Assembly: GCA_030605765.1 (NCBI GenBank) | Contig: JAUWHP010000045.1 | Coordinates: 1 to 55,350 of the forward strand | Direction of reading: 5' to 3' | Origin: Dehalococcoidia bacterium | Lineage (GTDB): Bacteria; Chloroflexota; Dehalococcoidia; GIF9; AB-539-J10 | Length of the DNA stretch: 55,350 bases | Part shown: positions 1 to 8,559 of the stretch, in pieces | Layout of the letters: each line of letters opens with the position of its first letter | Numbering within the stretch: the first letter of the stretch is position 1 | The notes under the pieces: model-generated | What the model saw: only the letters and a program-made list of their open reading frames with translations | Databases searched by the model: none | What the model was told of the DNA's origin: nothing | Program-made: the position numbers and the translations under genes

Positions 1-1092
1 ACAGGGAATACCAGCATAGTCAACATCACTGTTATCTATCTGGAATACGCGACCAATCTCCCCAAGGTCAGGGTCGTCGTAATCCACATATATCCAGGAG
101 TAGCGGAGGTTGCCTTTACGACCATCGTAATCAGCAGACAAAGCTATGCCGGTAGCACCTCCCACAACAACATCTCGGGGCCAATCGGGCGGAGCGGCAA
201 TCCACAGGGGCGGAGCATCCACAATCTCCACGGCATCCGGGAAAGCCGAGCCAGCAATGGCATTCCACTGGTCAACGTTTCCCAGCCTGCCTGTCTGCAG
301 GTAAGTAGCAACGCCATCAGTGGTGATAGCCAGTATGGTGTCATCAGAATCGAACTTGTGAGAGAGCGCCACTGAAGTTACAGCAGTTGTAGTCATAGAT
401 GGAAACAGTCCGTCTACATCACTGTCATCCCAACCAGGATAGTCAGCGACGCCGGCATCATATCCTCCAATCATCTTCCATGCTCCACCCAGGAAACCAC
501 CGGTGACCAGTCGCCAAATATTGCCGGCATCGGTGCCAACAGCGATAGTGTAATCGTCATCCGCCTCACACGAGACAGCCAGACAGAGTATCGTCCCGGC
601 TAACTCATCGTCGAGGTCGCTGTCGCCAAAGTCATCGCCAGCCTCGTCCGAGCCATAAACTTCGGTCTGTGTAGCCACGAATACCATGTCGGAATTGTCA
701 GGAGCTATGGCCACGTGAAGCAGGTCTTCGCCCGCATCGAGGAACTCGTCAGGAAGTTCGTCGGTGATGTCACTCCAGGTGATTGCGCCATCTTCGGTTT
801 TCCATAGCCTGGACACGGGGTCTTCCCACATTTCATCTCCATAGAGCCGATGGTCCTCAATTCCCATGCCCACGGCATAGATGATATCGCCATCGGGATC
901 CGCAGCGAAGTCATAGATGGCAGAATTCGGGGCAATAACCCAGTCAGGGCCATTGACTTCCGGCTGCCATTCCTCCCACCACTCTGTGTCTGGGTCGGCG
1001 CTTACCGTCGCTCCGCCTACCAGACTAAGAGATAGTGCTAAGGCAATAGCCAGGGAAAATACCCGGCTTTGCCACTTTTTTCTCGTATTCAT
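1..1092 (-). CDS. Secreted acidic Asp-box/BNR-repeat protein, probable S-layer protein (5' part; runs off the window edge)
   Basis: Not in the ORF track because there is no stop inside the window. My translation: MNTRKKWQSRVFSLAIALALSLSLVGGATVSA-DPDTEWWEEW... (signal peptide), Asp-box-like LWKTEDGAITW and YGSDEAGDDF, very D/E-rich. RBS AAGGAG upstream; frame open to base 1. Confidence 0.8.
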   Translation of the reverse strand, partial: MNTRKKWQSRVFSLAIALALSLSLVGGATVSADPDTEWWEEWQPEVNGPDWVIAPNSAIYDFAADPDGDIIYAVGMGIEDHRLYGDEMWEDPVSRLWKTEDGAITWSDITDELPDEFLDAGEDLLHVAIAPDNSDMVFVATQTEVYGSDEAGDDFGDSDLDDELAGTILCLAVSCEADDDYTIAVGTDAGNIWRLVTGGFLGGAWKMIGGYDAGVADYPGWDDSDVDGLFPSMTTTAVTSVALSHKFDSDDTILAITTDGVATYLQTGRLGNVDQWNAIAGSAFPDAVEIVDAPPLWIAAPPDWPRDVVVGGATGIALSADYDGRKGNLRYSWIYVDYDDPDLGEIGRVFQIDNSDVDYAGIPC

Positions 1093-1247
1093 TTAATTTT
1101 AATCTCCTTATTAAAAATTTCTTAATTCCTCCGAACCTTTACTTGAAATCGACCGGCTTCAAATTCAGGTTCTTCAGATTCTGTTTTCCAGTTAAAGCTA
1201 AGTTCTCAAGCCTGTAGCTTCAGCAGACTACCCTCTTATGCCCGGGG

Positions 1248-1298
1248 TCAAGGCTCTTGCTTTACTCCCCTCCGGTATTTCCTTCGGGACTGTTCCAT
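1248..1298 (-). CDS. Putative 16-aa upstream ORF (MEQSRRKYRRGVKQEP) in the S-layer leader
   Basis: Near-perfect SD AGGAGGTGA followed by ATG in GAGGAGGTGATGCCTATG; TGA at 1250-1248. Confidence 0.4.
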   Translation of the reverse strand: MEQSRRKYRRGVKQEP

Positions 1299-1350
1299 AG
1301 GCATCACCTCCTCTAGCCAGTGCCCTGTTAAGGGTTTACTAGCTTTCCTT

Positions 1351-1380
1351 ATATTAAATGGTATCCTCAATATTTGTCAA
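1351..1380 (-). promoter_or_regulatory. Sigma70-type promoter of the S-layer-like gene
   Basis: TTGACA (1380-1375), 18 nt, TAATAT (1356-1351). Confidence 0.6.
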
Positions 1381-1494
1381 GAGGGAGTCTCTTCCAATAC
1401 ACCATAAGTCCTACTCTTTCAGCGGCTGGAATTGGAATCTGTGCCAAGGTTTCCTAGTCTAAGCAGTTTTGACCCGCTGTCACCTGAATACTTT

Positions 1495-1665
1495 TCAATC
1501 CCGCTTCTTAGTGCCGTTGATGAGCCATGCCACGGTGACAATAAGAACTACGGAAATGATGATGGTGGTAATCAAGCCTGTTTTGCCCAGGCCCCAGAAC
1601 CTCTCGGGGTTAGCCACATAAGCCCCAGGGCTCGTTTCTATCCAAGTTGACAACATAAGCATCAT
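1495..1665 (-). CDS. Small single-pass membrane protein, 56 aa
   Basis: MMLMLSTWIETSPGAYVANPERFWGLGKTGLITTIIISVVLIVTVAWLINGTKKRD: one TM helix plus a basic tail; AAGGGG RBS; below the ORF-track length cutoff. Confidence 0.55.
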   Translation of the reverse strand: MMLMLSTWIETSPGAYVANPERFWGLGKTGLITTIIISVVLIVTVAWLINGTKKRD

Positions 1666-1706
1666 CTAATTTAACCCCTTGGTACCAGCCTCAGGAAACA
1701 AGGCAA

Positions 1707-1746
1707 CCCTCTCTCCCCCTCTGGGGGAGAGATAAAGTGAGGGGGC
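1707..1746. repeat. Palindromic REP-like element (CCCTCTCCC...GGGAGAG...GTGAGG type); may also terminate clpP transcription
   Basis: 10-bp perfect stem TCTCTCCCCC-tct-GGGGGAGAGA (1710-1732) followed by TAAAGTGAGGGGG. Confidence 0.7.
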
Positions 1747-1765
1747 CTCTCCAATGACAGACATG

Positions 1766-2371
1766 TCATTTCTTCTCTGGCTTAACAAGTATCTCATCAA
1801 TCAGGCCATACTCCACCGCCTGCTGTGGGTCAAGGTAGAAGTCTCTATCGGTATCCTGGGCAACTTTCTCTACATTCTGGCCGGTATGTTTAGCCACGAT
1901 ATTGCGGATTCTCTCCTGCATCCTCATAATCTCCCGGGCTGCTATTTCAATATCGGCTGCCTGGCCCTGAGCACCGCCAATCGCCTGATGCAGATGAATG
2001 GTGGAGTTGGGCAAAGCATATCTCTTGCCTTTAGTCCCGGCACAAAGCAGCAGGGTGCCCATGCTGGCCGCCAGGCCAACACAAATAGTGGACACGGGGC
2101 AACGAACAAGCTGCATGGTGTCATATATGGCCAGCCCAGCGCTGATTACCCCACCGGGGCAATGAATGTAAAGGCTTATGTCTTTGTCGGGGTCCTCTCT
2201 TTCCAGATAAAGGAGCTGAGCAATAATAAGATTAGCTATCTGGTCATTGATAGGCGTGCCCAGAAAAACAATCCTCTCCCGCAGTAAAAGGGAGTATATG
2301 TCAAAGACACGCTCCCCACGAGTACCTGTTTCAGTTACCGTGGGAATTATTACTTGAGATACTGTGTCCAT
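1766..2371 (-). CDS. clpP: ATP-dependent Clp protease proteolytic subunit
   Basis: [22 protein letters not shown] (catalytic Ser), HQ, DRD motifs. Start moved to the ATG after GGAGG. Confidence 0.95.
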   Translation of the reverse strand: MDTVSQVIIPTVTETGTRGERVFDIYSLLLRERIVFLGTPINDQIANLIIAQLLYLEREDPDKDISLYIHCPGGVISAGLAIYDTMQLVRCPVSTICVGLAASMGTLLLCAGTKGKRYALPNSTIHLHQAIGGAQGQAADIEIAAREIMRMQERIRNIVAKHTGQNVEKVAQDTDRDFYLDPQQAVEYGLIDEILVKPEKK

Positions 2372-2402
2372 CATCCCTCCTTGGCTCATTTTGTTATTTA
2401 TC

Positions 2403-2437
2403 AACCTCACCCCCTCTAAAGGGCCATGCCCCTTCAA
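2403..2437. repeat. Degenerate copy of the CCTCACCCCCT-type repeat between tig and clpP
   Basis: Reverse complement TTGAAGGGGCATGGCCCTTTAGAGGGGGTGAGGTT resembles the copies at 35444 and 54679. Confidence 0.45.
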
Positions 2438-2443
2438 ACTTCC

Positions 2444-3739
2444 CTATGATACACTCCCTTTTCTTTCCTTTCCCTGCTTTCCGCTGGCTATTTGCACCAA
2501 TCGCTGTAGCGTTTTCTCCTGGCGTAACGATTGCTCAATTGACTGTCTAACCTGAGACACGGCAAGAAATTTTCGCATTTTCTCCTTATCTTCAGCCTTC
2601 TTAAGAATTTCCTCCACCCTATTATCTACTTCCGAGGAGGAAATTTCAATTTTCTCCTCGACGGCCACTTTATCCAGAACCAGGGTATTGGTAACCCGCA
2701 TCTTCGCCGCAGGACGCAATCTCTGACTGACCTCTTCTTCCGTGCGGTTAATTCTCTTCAGGTAGTCTTCCACCTCGCGGTAGCCCAGGCGTCGCGCTTC
2801 ATCCCTGAGAAAACCATCGATCTCACTGTCTTCCAGAATAGGAGGGTAGTCCACCTGGCTCAGTTCAGCAACAGCGTCGATAACTTTTTGCTCCAGCTCG
2901 CGGCGACTTTTCCCCTCAGCCGCGTCCCTCAAATAGGTCCCCATCTGTTCCCTCAGTTGAGTTAAATCAGCATAACCACAGCTTTGAGCAAAGTCGTCAT
3001 CCACCTCAGGCAATTGCTTCTCCTTTATCTCAGTAACCATGACTTTAAAGGGACACTCTTTGCCACCAAATTCCTTAATGCTGTAATCGGCAGGAATCTC
3101 AAGGCTGAAAGTCTTCTCCTCTTTCTTGTTCAGGCCCAGCAAATTTGTAGCAAATCCAGTTAAGGGAAAGCTTGAATTGCTATCCACCTCATATAGTAAA
3201 TCTTTATGGTTCAAGAATGGCTTGCCCTCCACGCTCGCTTCGATATCGATGGTGGCGAAATCACCAGACTGGACAGGGCGCTCGACAGGCAGCAATACGG
3301 CGTGCTCCTGCCGCAGATTCTCAATAGCCGCTTCGATGTCTTGCTTAACGATTTTTACAGGCTCAGGTTTTAGCTTTATTTTGTGATATTCGCCAAGCTT
3401 GACTTCCGGCTTAAGAGGCACAATGGCTTTGAAAACTAAAGGCTCATTTTGAATAAGCTCTATTTGCCCTGGAGCGATAGGTTCAATCTTCTCCGCTTCA
3501 ACCGCCTGCTGATAAAGCTGCGGCACCAGGCGCTCCAACGCTTCACTCAGCAAAGTGTCTTTGCCTACATGCCGCTCCAGAAGGGCTCGTGGCGCTTTTC
3601 CCTTACGGAATCCAGAGATAGAAACCCGGCTCACCAGGCGGTGGTAAGCTTCGTCCAGAGATTTTTCCAGCTCACTGGCTTCAGCCTCTACTTTGAGCGA
3701 TACCTGGCAATTTCCCAGCTTTTCACTGCTTACTTTCAT
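2444..3739 (-). CDS. tig: Trigger factor
   Basis: GFRKGKAP ribosome-binding motif, FKBP-like middle domain, directly upstream of clpP. Confidence 0.95.
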   Translation of the reverse strand: MKVSSEKLGNCQVSLKVEAEASELEKSLDEAYHRLVSRVSISGFRKGKAPRALLERHVGKDTLLSEALERLVPQLYQQAVEAEKIEPIAPGQIELIQNEPLVFKAIVPLKPEVKLGEYHKIKLKPEPVKIVKQDIEAAIENLRQEHAVLLPVERPVQSGDFATIDIEASVEGKPFLNHKDLLYEVDSNSSFPLTGFATNLLGLNKKEEKTFSLEIPADYSIKEFGGKECPFKVMVTEIKEKQLPEVDDDFAQSCGYADLTQLREQMGTYLRDAAEGKSRRELEQKVIDAVAELSQVDYPPILEDSEIDGFLRDEARRLGYREVEDYLKRINRTEEEVSQRLRPAAKMRVTNTLVLDKVAVEEKIEISSSEVDNRVEEILKKAEDKEKMRKFLAVSQVRQSIEQSLRQEKTLQRLVQIASGKQGKERKGSVS

Positions 3740-3742
3740 AAT

Positions 3743-5551
3743 TCACACCCTGTCATTCTGGGGTTGTCTGAGAATCTCATGTTTCAACTTAAGATTTAGC
3801 TCGTCAAGTTGATTCTTATCCACGTACGAAGGAGCATCGAACATCACGTCAACAGCGTTTTGATTCTTAGGAAAGGCGATAACCTCCCTTATAGTTTGCT
3901 CTCCAGCAAGCAGCATCACCAGGCGGTCCAGGCCGATAGCAATGCCGCCATGAGGCGGTGCTCCATATTCCAATGCAGTGAGAAAATGCCCAAAACGGCC
4001 TTCTATCTCCTCTTGGCTATAGCCAAGGAGTTTGAATATTTTCTCCTGCAGCTCACGCTTATGCATCCTGATACTGCCGCTGCCGAGCTCACAGCCGTTG
4101 CACACCACATCATAATGGTGGGCATGGGCTTTAGCCGGCTCTGTATCCAGCAGTGGTATATCCTCCTGTCGAGGAGCAGTGAAAGGATGATGCATGCTCT
4201 CCCAGCAGCCTGTGGTCTCGCTCCATTCCAGTAAAGGGAAATCAACTACGAAAGCCAGCGCCAGCAAATTAGCATCGGCTAAACCAAGGCGCTTTGCCAT
4301 TTCGCCACGTAGCTCACCAAGCGCTTTATCGGCCAGCTCCGGCTTAGCGGCCACAATGAGCAGAAGGTCGCCGGGCCTGGCTTCCAGCCTGTCACATATA
4401 TCTTTTAACTGAGCCGAAGTCAGGTACTTCGCAGCCGCTGACTTAACTTTATCCAGCGCTGCGGTTTCTCCCGACAAAGATACAGTGGTTAAACCCTCCA
4501 CGCCACAAGTCCTGGCCAGGCTGATTAGCTCATCCAGTTGACGACGGCTGTAGTGGGCACAGCCAGGAACACATATACCCTTTACCCTGCCACCCATGGC
4601 AACTGCGGAGCGGAAAACAGCAAAATCTGTCTGAGCAGCAATGTCAGAGAGGTCTTTAAGCTCCAACCCGAACCTTACATCCGGTTTATCCGTGCCATAG
4701 CGTTCCATCACCTCTCCATAGGAGAAACGTGGGAAGGGCCTTAACACCCGCATTTCTGGCCTGACAGTCTCCACAAGCGAGGTAAAAAGCTCCTCCATAA
4801 GTTGCAATATGTCATTCTCCTCCACAAAGCTCATTTCTAAGTCCAGCTGAGTGAATTCGGGCTGTCGATCAGCCCTTAAATCTTCATCCCGAAAGCATTT
4901 TGCTATCTGAAAATACTTTTCCACACCAGCCACCATAAGGAGCTGTTTGAGTTGCTGTGGGGATTGCGGCAGGGCGTAAAACTTGCCCGGGTTGAGGCGA
5001 CTGGGCACCAGATAATCCCGGGCCCCCTCCGGAGTGCTCTTAATCAAAATGGGCGTTTCCACCTCAATAAAGCCCCTGGCATCGAGGAAATCCCGTATGA
5101 ACTTTATTACCCTGTGACGCAGGACAATGTTATCCCTCATTCTAGGCCTTCTTAAATACAAGTAGCGGCTCTTCAGACACAGGCTTTCCTCTATCTCTAT
5201 ATCCTCATTTATATAGAACGGCGGTGTTTCCGATGCGTTAAATATGACAGCCTTTTCCACTATGACCTCAATCTCTCCAGTAGCCAATTTAGGGTTCTCT
5301 GTGCCCTCAGGGCGGGAAACAATCTCCCCCACAACCTGAATCACATATTCGTGGCGCAGTGAGCCAGCCACCTGATATGCCTGTGGCCATATCTGCGGAT
5401 TGAACACTACCTGGACTATGCCACTGCTGTCTCGCAGGTCAATGAATGCTATGCCACCGTGGTCGCGACGTCGGTGCACCCAGCCAGCTAAAGTAACCTT
5501 CCGCCCCACATCTTTTTTTCTTAACTCAGCACAGCTATGACTCTTAAGCAA
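3743..5551 (-). CDS. aspS: Aspartate--tRNA ligase
   Basis: GWVHRRRDHG, EGARDYLVP, FRDEDLRADRQPEFTQLD, GAPPHGG; TTG start after GGAGGAGG. Confidence 0.97.
   Translation of the reverse strand: MLKSHSCAELRKKDVGRKVTLAGWVHRRRDHGGIAFIDLRDSSGIVQVVFNPQIWPQAYQVAGSLRHEYVIQVVGEIVSRPEGTENPKLATGEIEVIVEKAVIFNASETPPFYINEDIEIEESLCLKSRYLYLRRPRMRDNIVLRHRVIKFIRDFLDARGFIEVETPILIKSTPEGARDYLVPSRLNPGKFYALPQSPQQLKQLLMVAGVEKYFQIAKCFRDEDLRADRQPEFTQLDLEMSFVEENDILQLMEELFTSLVETVRPEMRVLRPFPRFSYGEVMERYGTDKPDVRFGLELKDLSDIAAQTDFAVFRSAVAMGGRVKGICVPGCAHYSRRQLDELISLARTCGVEGLTTVSLSGETAALDKVKSAAAKYLTSAQLKDICDRLEARPGDLLLIVAAKPELADKALGELRGEMAKRLGLADANLLALAFVVDFPLLEWSETTGCWESMHHPFTAPRQEDIPLLDTEPAKAHAHHYDVVCNGCELGSGSIRMHKRELQEKIFKLLGYSQEEIEGRFGHFLTALEYGAPPHGGIAIGLDRLVMLLAGEQTIREVIAFPKNQNAVDVMFDAPSYVDKNQLDELNLKLKHEILRQPQNDRV
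3751..3778. repeat. GTCATTCTG...GAATCTC REP-like element forming the aspS C-terminus
   Basis: TGTCATTCTGGGGTTGTCTGAGAATCTC, read as EILRQPQND after the normal AspS end. Confidence 0.55.
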
Positions 5552-5665
5552 AATGACCTCCTCCTGCGTGAACAGCGATTATAGCTTATGCAGGGCTTTC
5601 ATTCAATATGCACATGCCTGGTCATAACAGGCTCCACCGCCACTACAAAATCTTCAATTAAATAA

Positions 5666-7327
5666 CTATGACTGTGATAATTTTCGAAGAACGCTCACTA
5701 CATCCTCTTGAGGCACATCACTGCGAATCGTTGTCTTGCCTATGTCCCGCAACAACACCCAGCGAATGGCTTTGGTTCTGATCTTCTTATCCAGCTCCAT
5801 TGCCTTTTTTACATCCACCAAAGCTAATCCAGAAAAGGTAACAGGCAAGCCGAATCTTTGTAACAGCGATTGCTGTCGCTCGACCGCTTCCACAGATAGA
5901 AGACCCAGCCTCTGGCTGAGCTTGGCCGCTCCCATCATACCAATAGCCACCGCCTCGCCGTGGAGGAATCGCCTGTACTGGCTGGCTACTTCCAGGCCGT
6001 GAGCAATGGTATGCCCATAGTTCAGTATGATGCGCTTTCCCCTTTCCTTCTCATCCTCACTTACAACTTGAGCCTTGATAGCAGCGCTACGGGCAATAGC
6101 CTGGCGAACCGTGGCCGGCTCCAGTCCGATAAGCTTATCTACGTTAGCCTCCAGAAATTCGAAGAAATCCTTATCTAATATGAGGCCATACTTAATGACT
6201 TCAGCCCACCCTGAGGTTAATTCCCGCTCTGGTAAACTGGTAAGCGTCTGGCAATCGGCCAGGACAAAGTCAGGTTGATAGAAAGCGCCGATGAGATTCT
6301 TGCCTTGAGGGTGATTAATGCCCACTTTGCCGCCGATGCTGGCATCAACCATGGCTACTAAACTCGTTGGCACCTGTGCCCAGGATATGCCGCGCAAGAA
6401 AGTAGCGGCCACGAATCCAGCTAAATCACCCACCATGCCACCACCCAAAGCAATGAGAATATCTCCCCTCTCCACCCGCCTCTCCACCAGAAAGTCGTAA
6501 ATTCTGATGGCGGAATCGATATTTTTATTTTCCTCACCTGGTGACACTGCAAAGGAGTTGACTGTAAAACCAGCATCTCGTAAGGCTTCCTCAACCTTAC
6601 GGCCATAAATGGAAGCCACAGTTTCATCGCTGATTATGACAACCCTGCCAGACAAACCAAGCTCTTCTATCTTTTCACCCAACTTGTCCAAGAGACGGTA
6701 GCCAACGAAAACAGGATAACTTTGAGTAGCCGTTCTCACCCAGCAGGCAGCATCTTTATCAGTACCATTGCGAGCAGAGCAAAGCAACCTCCAACCCCTT
6801 ATTACTTCATCGGCCACCTGGCTTATGTTCAACCTATCGGTATGAACTGTCCAATCCACATTGGCGTAGTAAGGCTGTCTCGAGGCCTTAAGCTGCCTGA
6901 TGCTCTCCAGCGGGCTTTCGTCAGCCAGAAGAGGACGAACTTCAGGCCCGGAGCCATAAGTGGCATTTTGAAATAGGCGCTGGTAGATTGTTTCCGCTTT
7001 GGCTTCAAGACAAAAAATAAACCCACTCCTAGCTAGCAGTTCATAGTTGCGAAGATTAACGATGGCGCCGCCACCGACAGCTATAACCGATTGCTTCTGC
7101 TGGCAAGCTTTCTCTATCACCTGCCGCTCCAATTCTCTGAATCGGCTCTCTCCATCCTGCCTGAAAATCTCAGCGATGGGCTTGCCAGCCAGCTTGACTA
7201 CCTCATCATCAGTATCAATGAAAGCCCAACTTAACCGTTGGGCTACCTCCCTGGCCACCAGAGATTTACCCGTGCCTGAAAAGCCTGTGAGGATGATATC
7301 AGTTGTTTGACAGTTCATTTTCGCCAA
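5666..7327 (-). CDS. aroKB: Bifunctional shikimate kinase / 3-dehydroquinate synthase
   Basis: N-terminal GFSGTGKS P-loop and RPLL; C-terminal GGGMVGD, DASIGGK, LNYGHT, HGEAV. The start may be the ATG at 7318. Confidence 0.95.
   Translation of the reverse strand: MAKMNCQTTDIILTGFSGTGKSLVAREVAQRLSWAFIDTDDEVVKLAGKPIAEIFRQDGESRFRELERQVIEKACQQKQSVIAVGGGAIVNLRNYELLARSGFIFCLEAKAETIYQRLFQNATYGSGPEVRPLLADESPLESIRQLKASRQPYYANVDWTVHTDRLNISQVADEVIRGWRLLCSARNGTDKDAACWVRTATQSYPVFVGYRLLDKLGEKIEELGLSGRVVIISDETVASIYGRKVEEALRDAGFTVNSFAVSPGEENKNIDSAIRIYDFLVERRVERGDILIALGGGMVGDLAGFVAATFLRGISWAQVPTSLVAMVDASIGGKVGINHPQGKNLIGAFYQPDFVLADCQTLTSLPERELTSGWAEVIKYGLILDKDFFEFLEANVDKLIGLEPATVRQAIARSAAIKAQVVSEDEKERGKRIILNYGHTIAHGLEVASQYRRFLHGEAVAIGMMGAAKLSQRLGLLSVEAVERQQSLLQRFGLPVTFSGLALVDVKKAMELDKKIRTKAIRWVLLRDIGKTTIRSDVPQEDVVSVLRKLSQS
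6763..6791. repeat. GTCATTGCGAG...GCAATCTC-type element, in frame in the AroK-AroB linker
   Basis: TACCATTGCGAGCAGAGCAAAGCAACCTC, read as RLLCSARNG on the minus strand. Confidence 0.55.
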
Positions 7328-8510
7328 GCAAGATGCGGTTCAGGTAATTATGGTAATTTGCCAGCGTCTCTTTCAGGTTATCGCCGCCGAATTTGTCCAG
7401 GCAAGCATCGGTTAAAACGATGGCCAGCATCGCCTCGCCAATCACACCAGCAGCAGGGACGACACAAACATCGCTGCGCTCATAGTGAGCCCCGGCTATC
7501 TCGCCACTGCGGAGGTCTATGGAGGGCAGGGGATTTGCTAGAGTAGCAATAGGTTTAACCACAGCTCTGATTACTATTTCTTCGCCATTGCTCATCCCGC
7601 CTTCAATGCCACCAGCGCGGTTACTGGCATGACGCCAGGGAAGAGATTGCCTCGCCGCTTCGTTTTCCGCAGTGGCAAGGGAAGGATTGAGTTCAATAAT
7701 ATCATGAGCTTGAGAGCCACTGAGCCTGGCCAGGGCAAATCCAGAGCCGATTTCCACTCCCTTCACAGCATTGATGCTCATAATCGCTTGAGCAATCCTG
7801 CCGTCAAGGCGGCGTTCCCAGCCAGCATGGCTGCCTAAACCAACAGGCACACCAGCGGCGACTACCTCAAAAACTCCTCCCAAAGTATCCCCATCGGCTC
7901 TGGCTTTATCTATAGCTGCCATCATCTCCCTCTCCAATTCAGCATCAGCGCAGCGCAGCGGAGAAGCTTCCACCTGCTCCCAATCTATGGTTCTACCACC
8001 TTCCAGGCGGTGTTCACCAACAGCTAAAGTATGGCTATGAATAACAATGCCGAACTCCTGCAAGAACCTTTTGGCGATAGCTCCAGCAGCCACTCTGGCA
8101 GCGGTCTCTCGAGCACTGGCTCTCTCCATTATGGGTCTGATGTCTTTAAGGTTATATTTGGTCACCCCGGCTAAATCAGCATGTCCAGGGCGAGGATGAG
8201 TTATGGGTTCAGCCTCCTTTTCCACAGGCGCAACGCTCATTATTTCCTGCCAGTTTTGCCAATCCCGGTTAGGGATAAAAAGAGCAACGGGGCTACCTAT
8301 TGTCAGTCCATAACGGACACCCGAGATGATTTCCGCTTCATCCTTCTCTATTTCCATGCGGGGACCGCGTCCATAGCCTGCCTGGCGGCGCTTGAGCTCT
8401 TTGTTGATATCTTCAGCTTCCAGGGGAAGGCCAGCCACCATCCCCTCAACTATGGTCACCAATCCCTTCCCGTGGGATTCTCCAGCGGTGGTAAAGCGAA
8501 ATTCTCCCAT
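7299..8510 (-). CDS. aroC: Chorismate synthase
   Basis: TAGESHG, PRPGHAD, ERASARETA, GGIEGGMSNG, RSDVC. Confidence 0.97.
   Translation of the reverse strand: MGEFRFTTAGESHGKGLVTIVEGMVAGLPLEAEDINKELKRRQAGYGRGPRMEIEKDEAEIISGVRYGLTIGSPVALFIPNRDWQNWQEIMSVAPVEKEAEPITHPRPGHADLAGVTKYNLKDIRPIMERASARETAARVAAGAIAKRFLQEFGIVIHSHTLAVGEHRLEGGRTIDWEQVEASPLRCADAELEREMMAAIDKARADGDTLGGVFEVVAAGVPVGLGSHAGWERRLDGRIAQAIMSINAVKGVEIGSGFALARLSGSQAHDIIELNPSLATAENEAARQSLPWRHASNRAGGIEGGMSNGEEIVIRAVVKPIATLANPLPSIDLRSGEIAGAHYERSDVCVVPAAGVIGEAMLAIVLTDACLDKFGGDNLKETLANYHNYLNRILLGENELSNN
7643..7677. repeat. GAGATTGC...GCAATGAC-type element, in frame in aroC
   Basis: GAGATTGCCTCGCCGCTTCGTTTTCCGCAGTGGCA encodes ATAENEAARQS in the variable loop before NRAGGIEGG; flanked by AGGGAAG at 7637 and 7678. 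Confidence 0.6.
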
Positions 8511-8559
8511 TAGCGTCCTTCACCCTCACATAAGCTTCATGTAAGGAAGTCCCTTTTCC

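Noticed and set aside
144-1035. Short ORFs 144-344, 705-953 and 850-1035
   Set aside because: Alternate-frame or antisense shadows of the S-layer-like gene.
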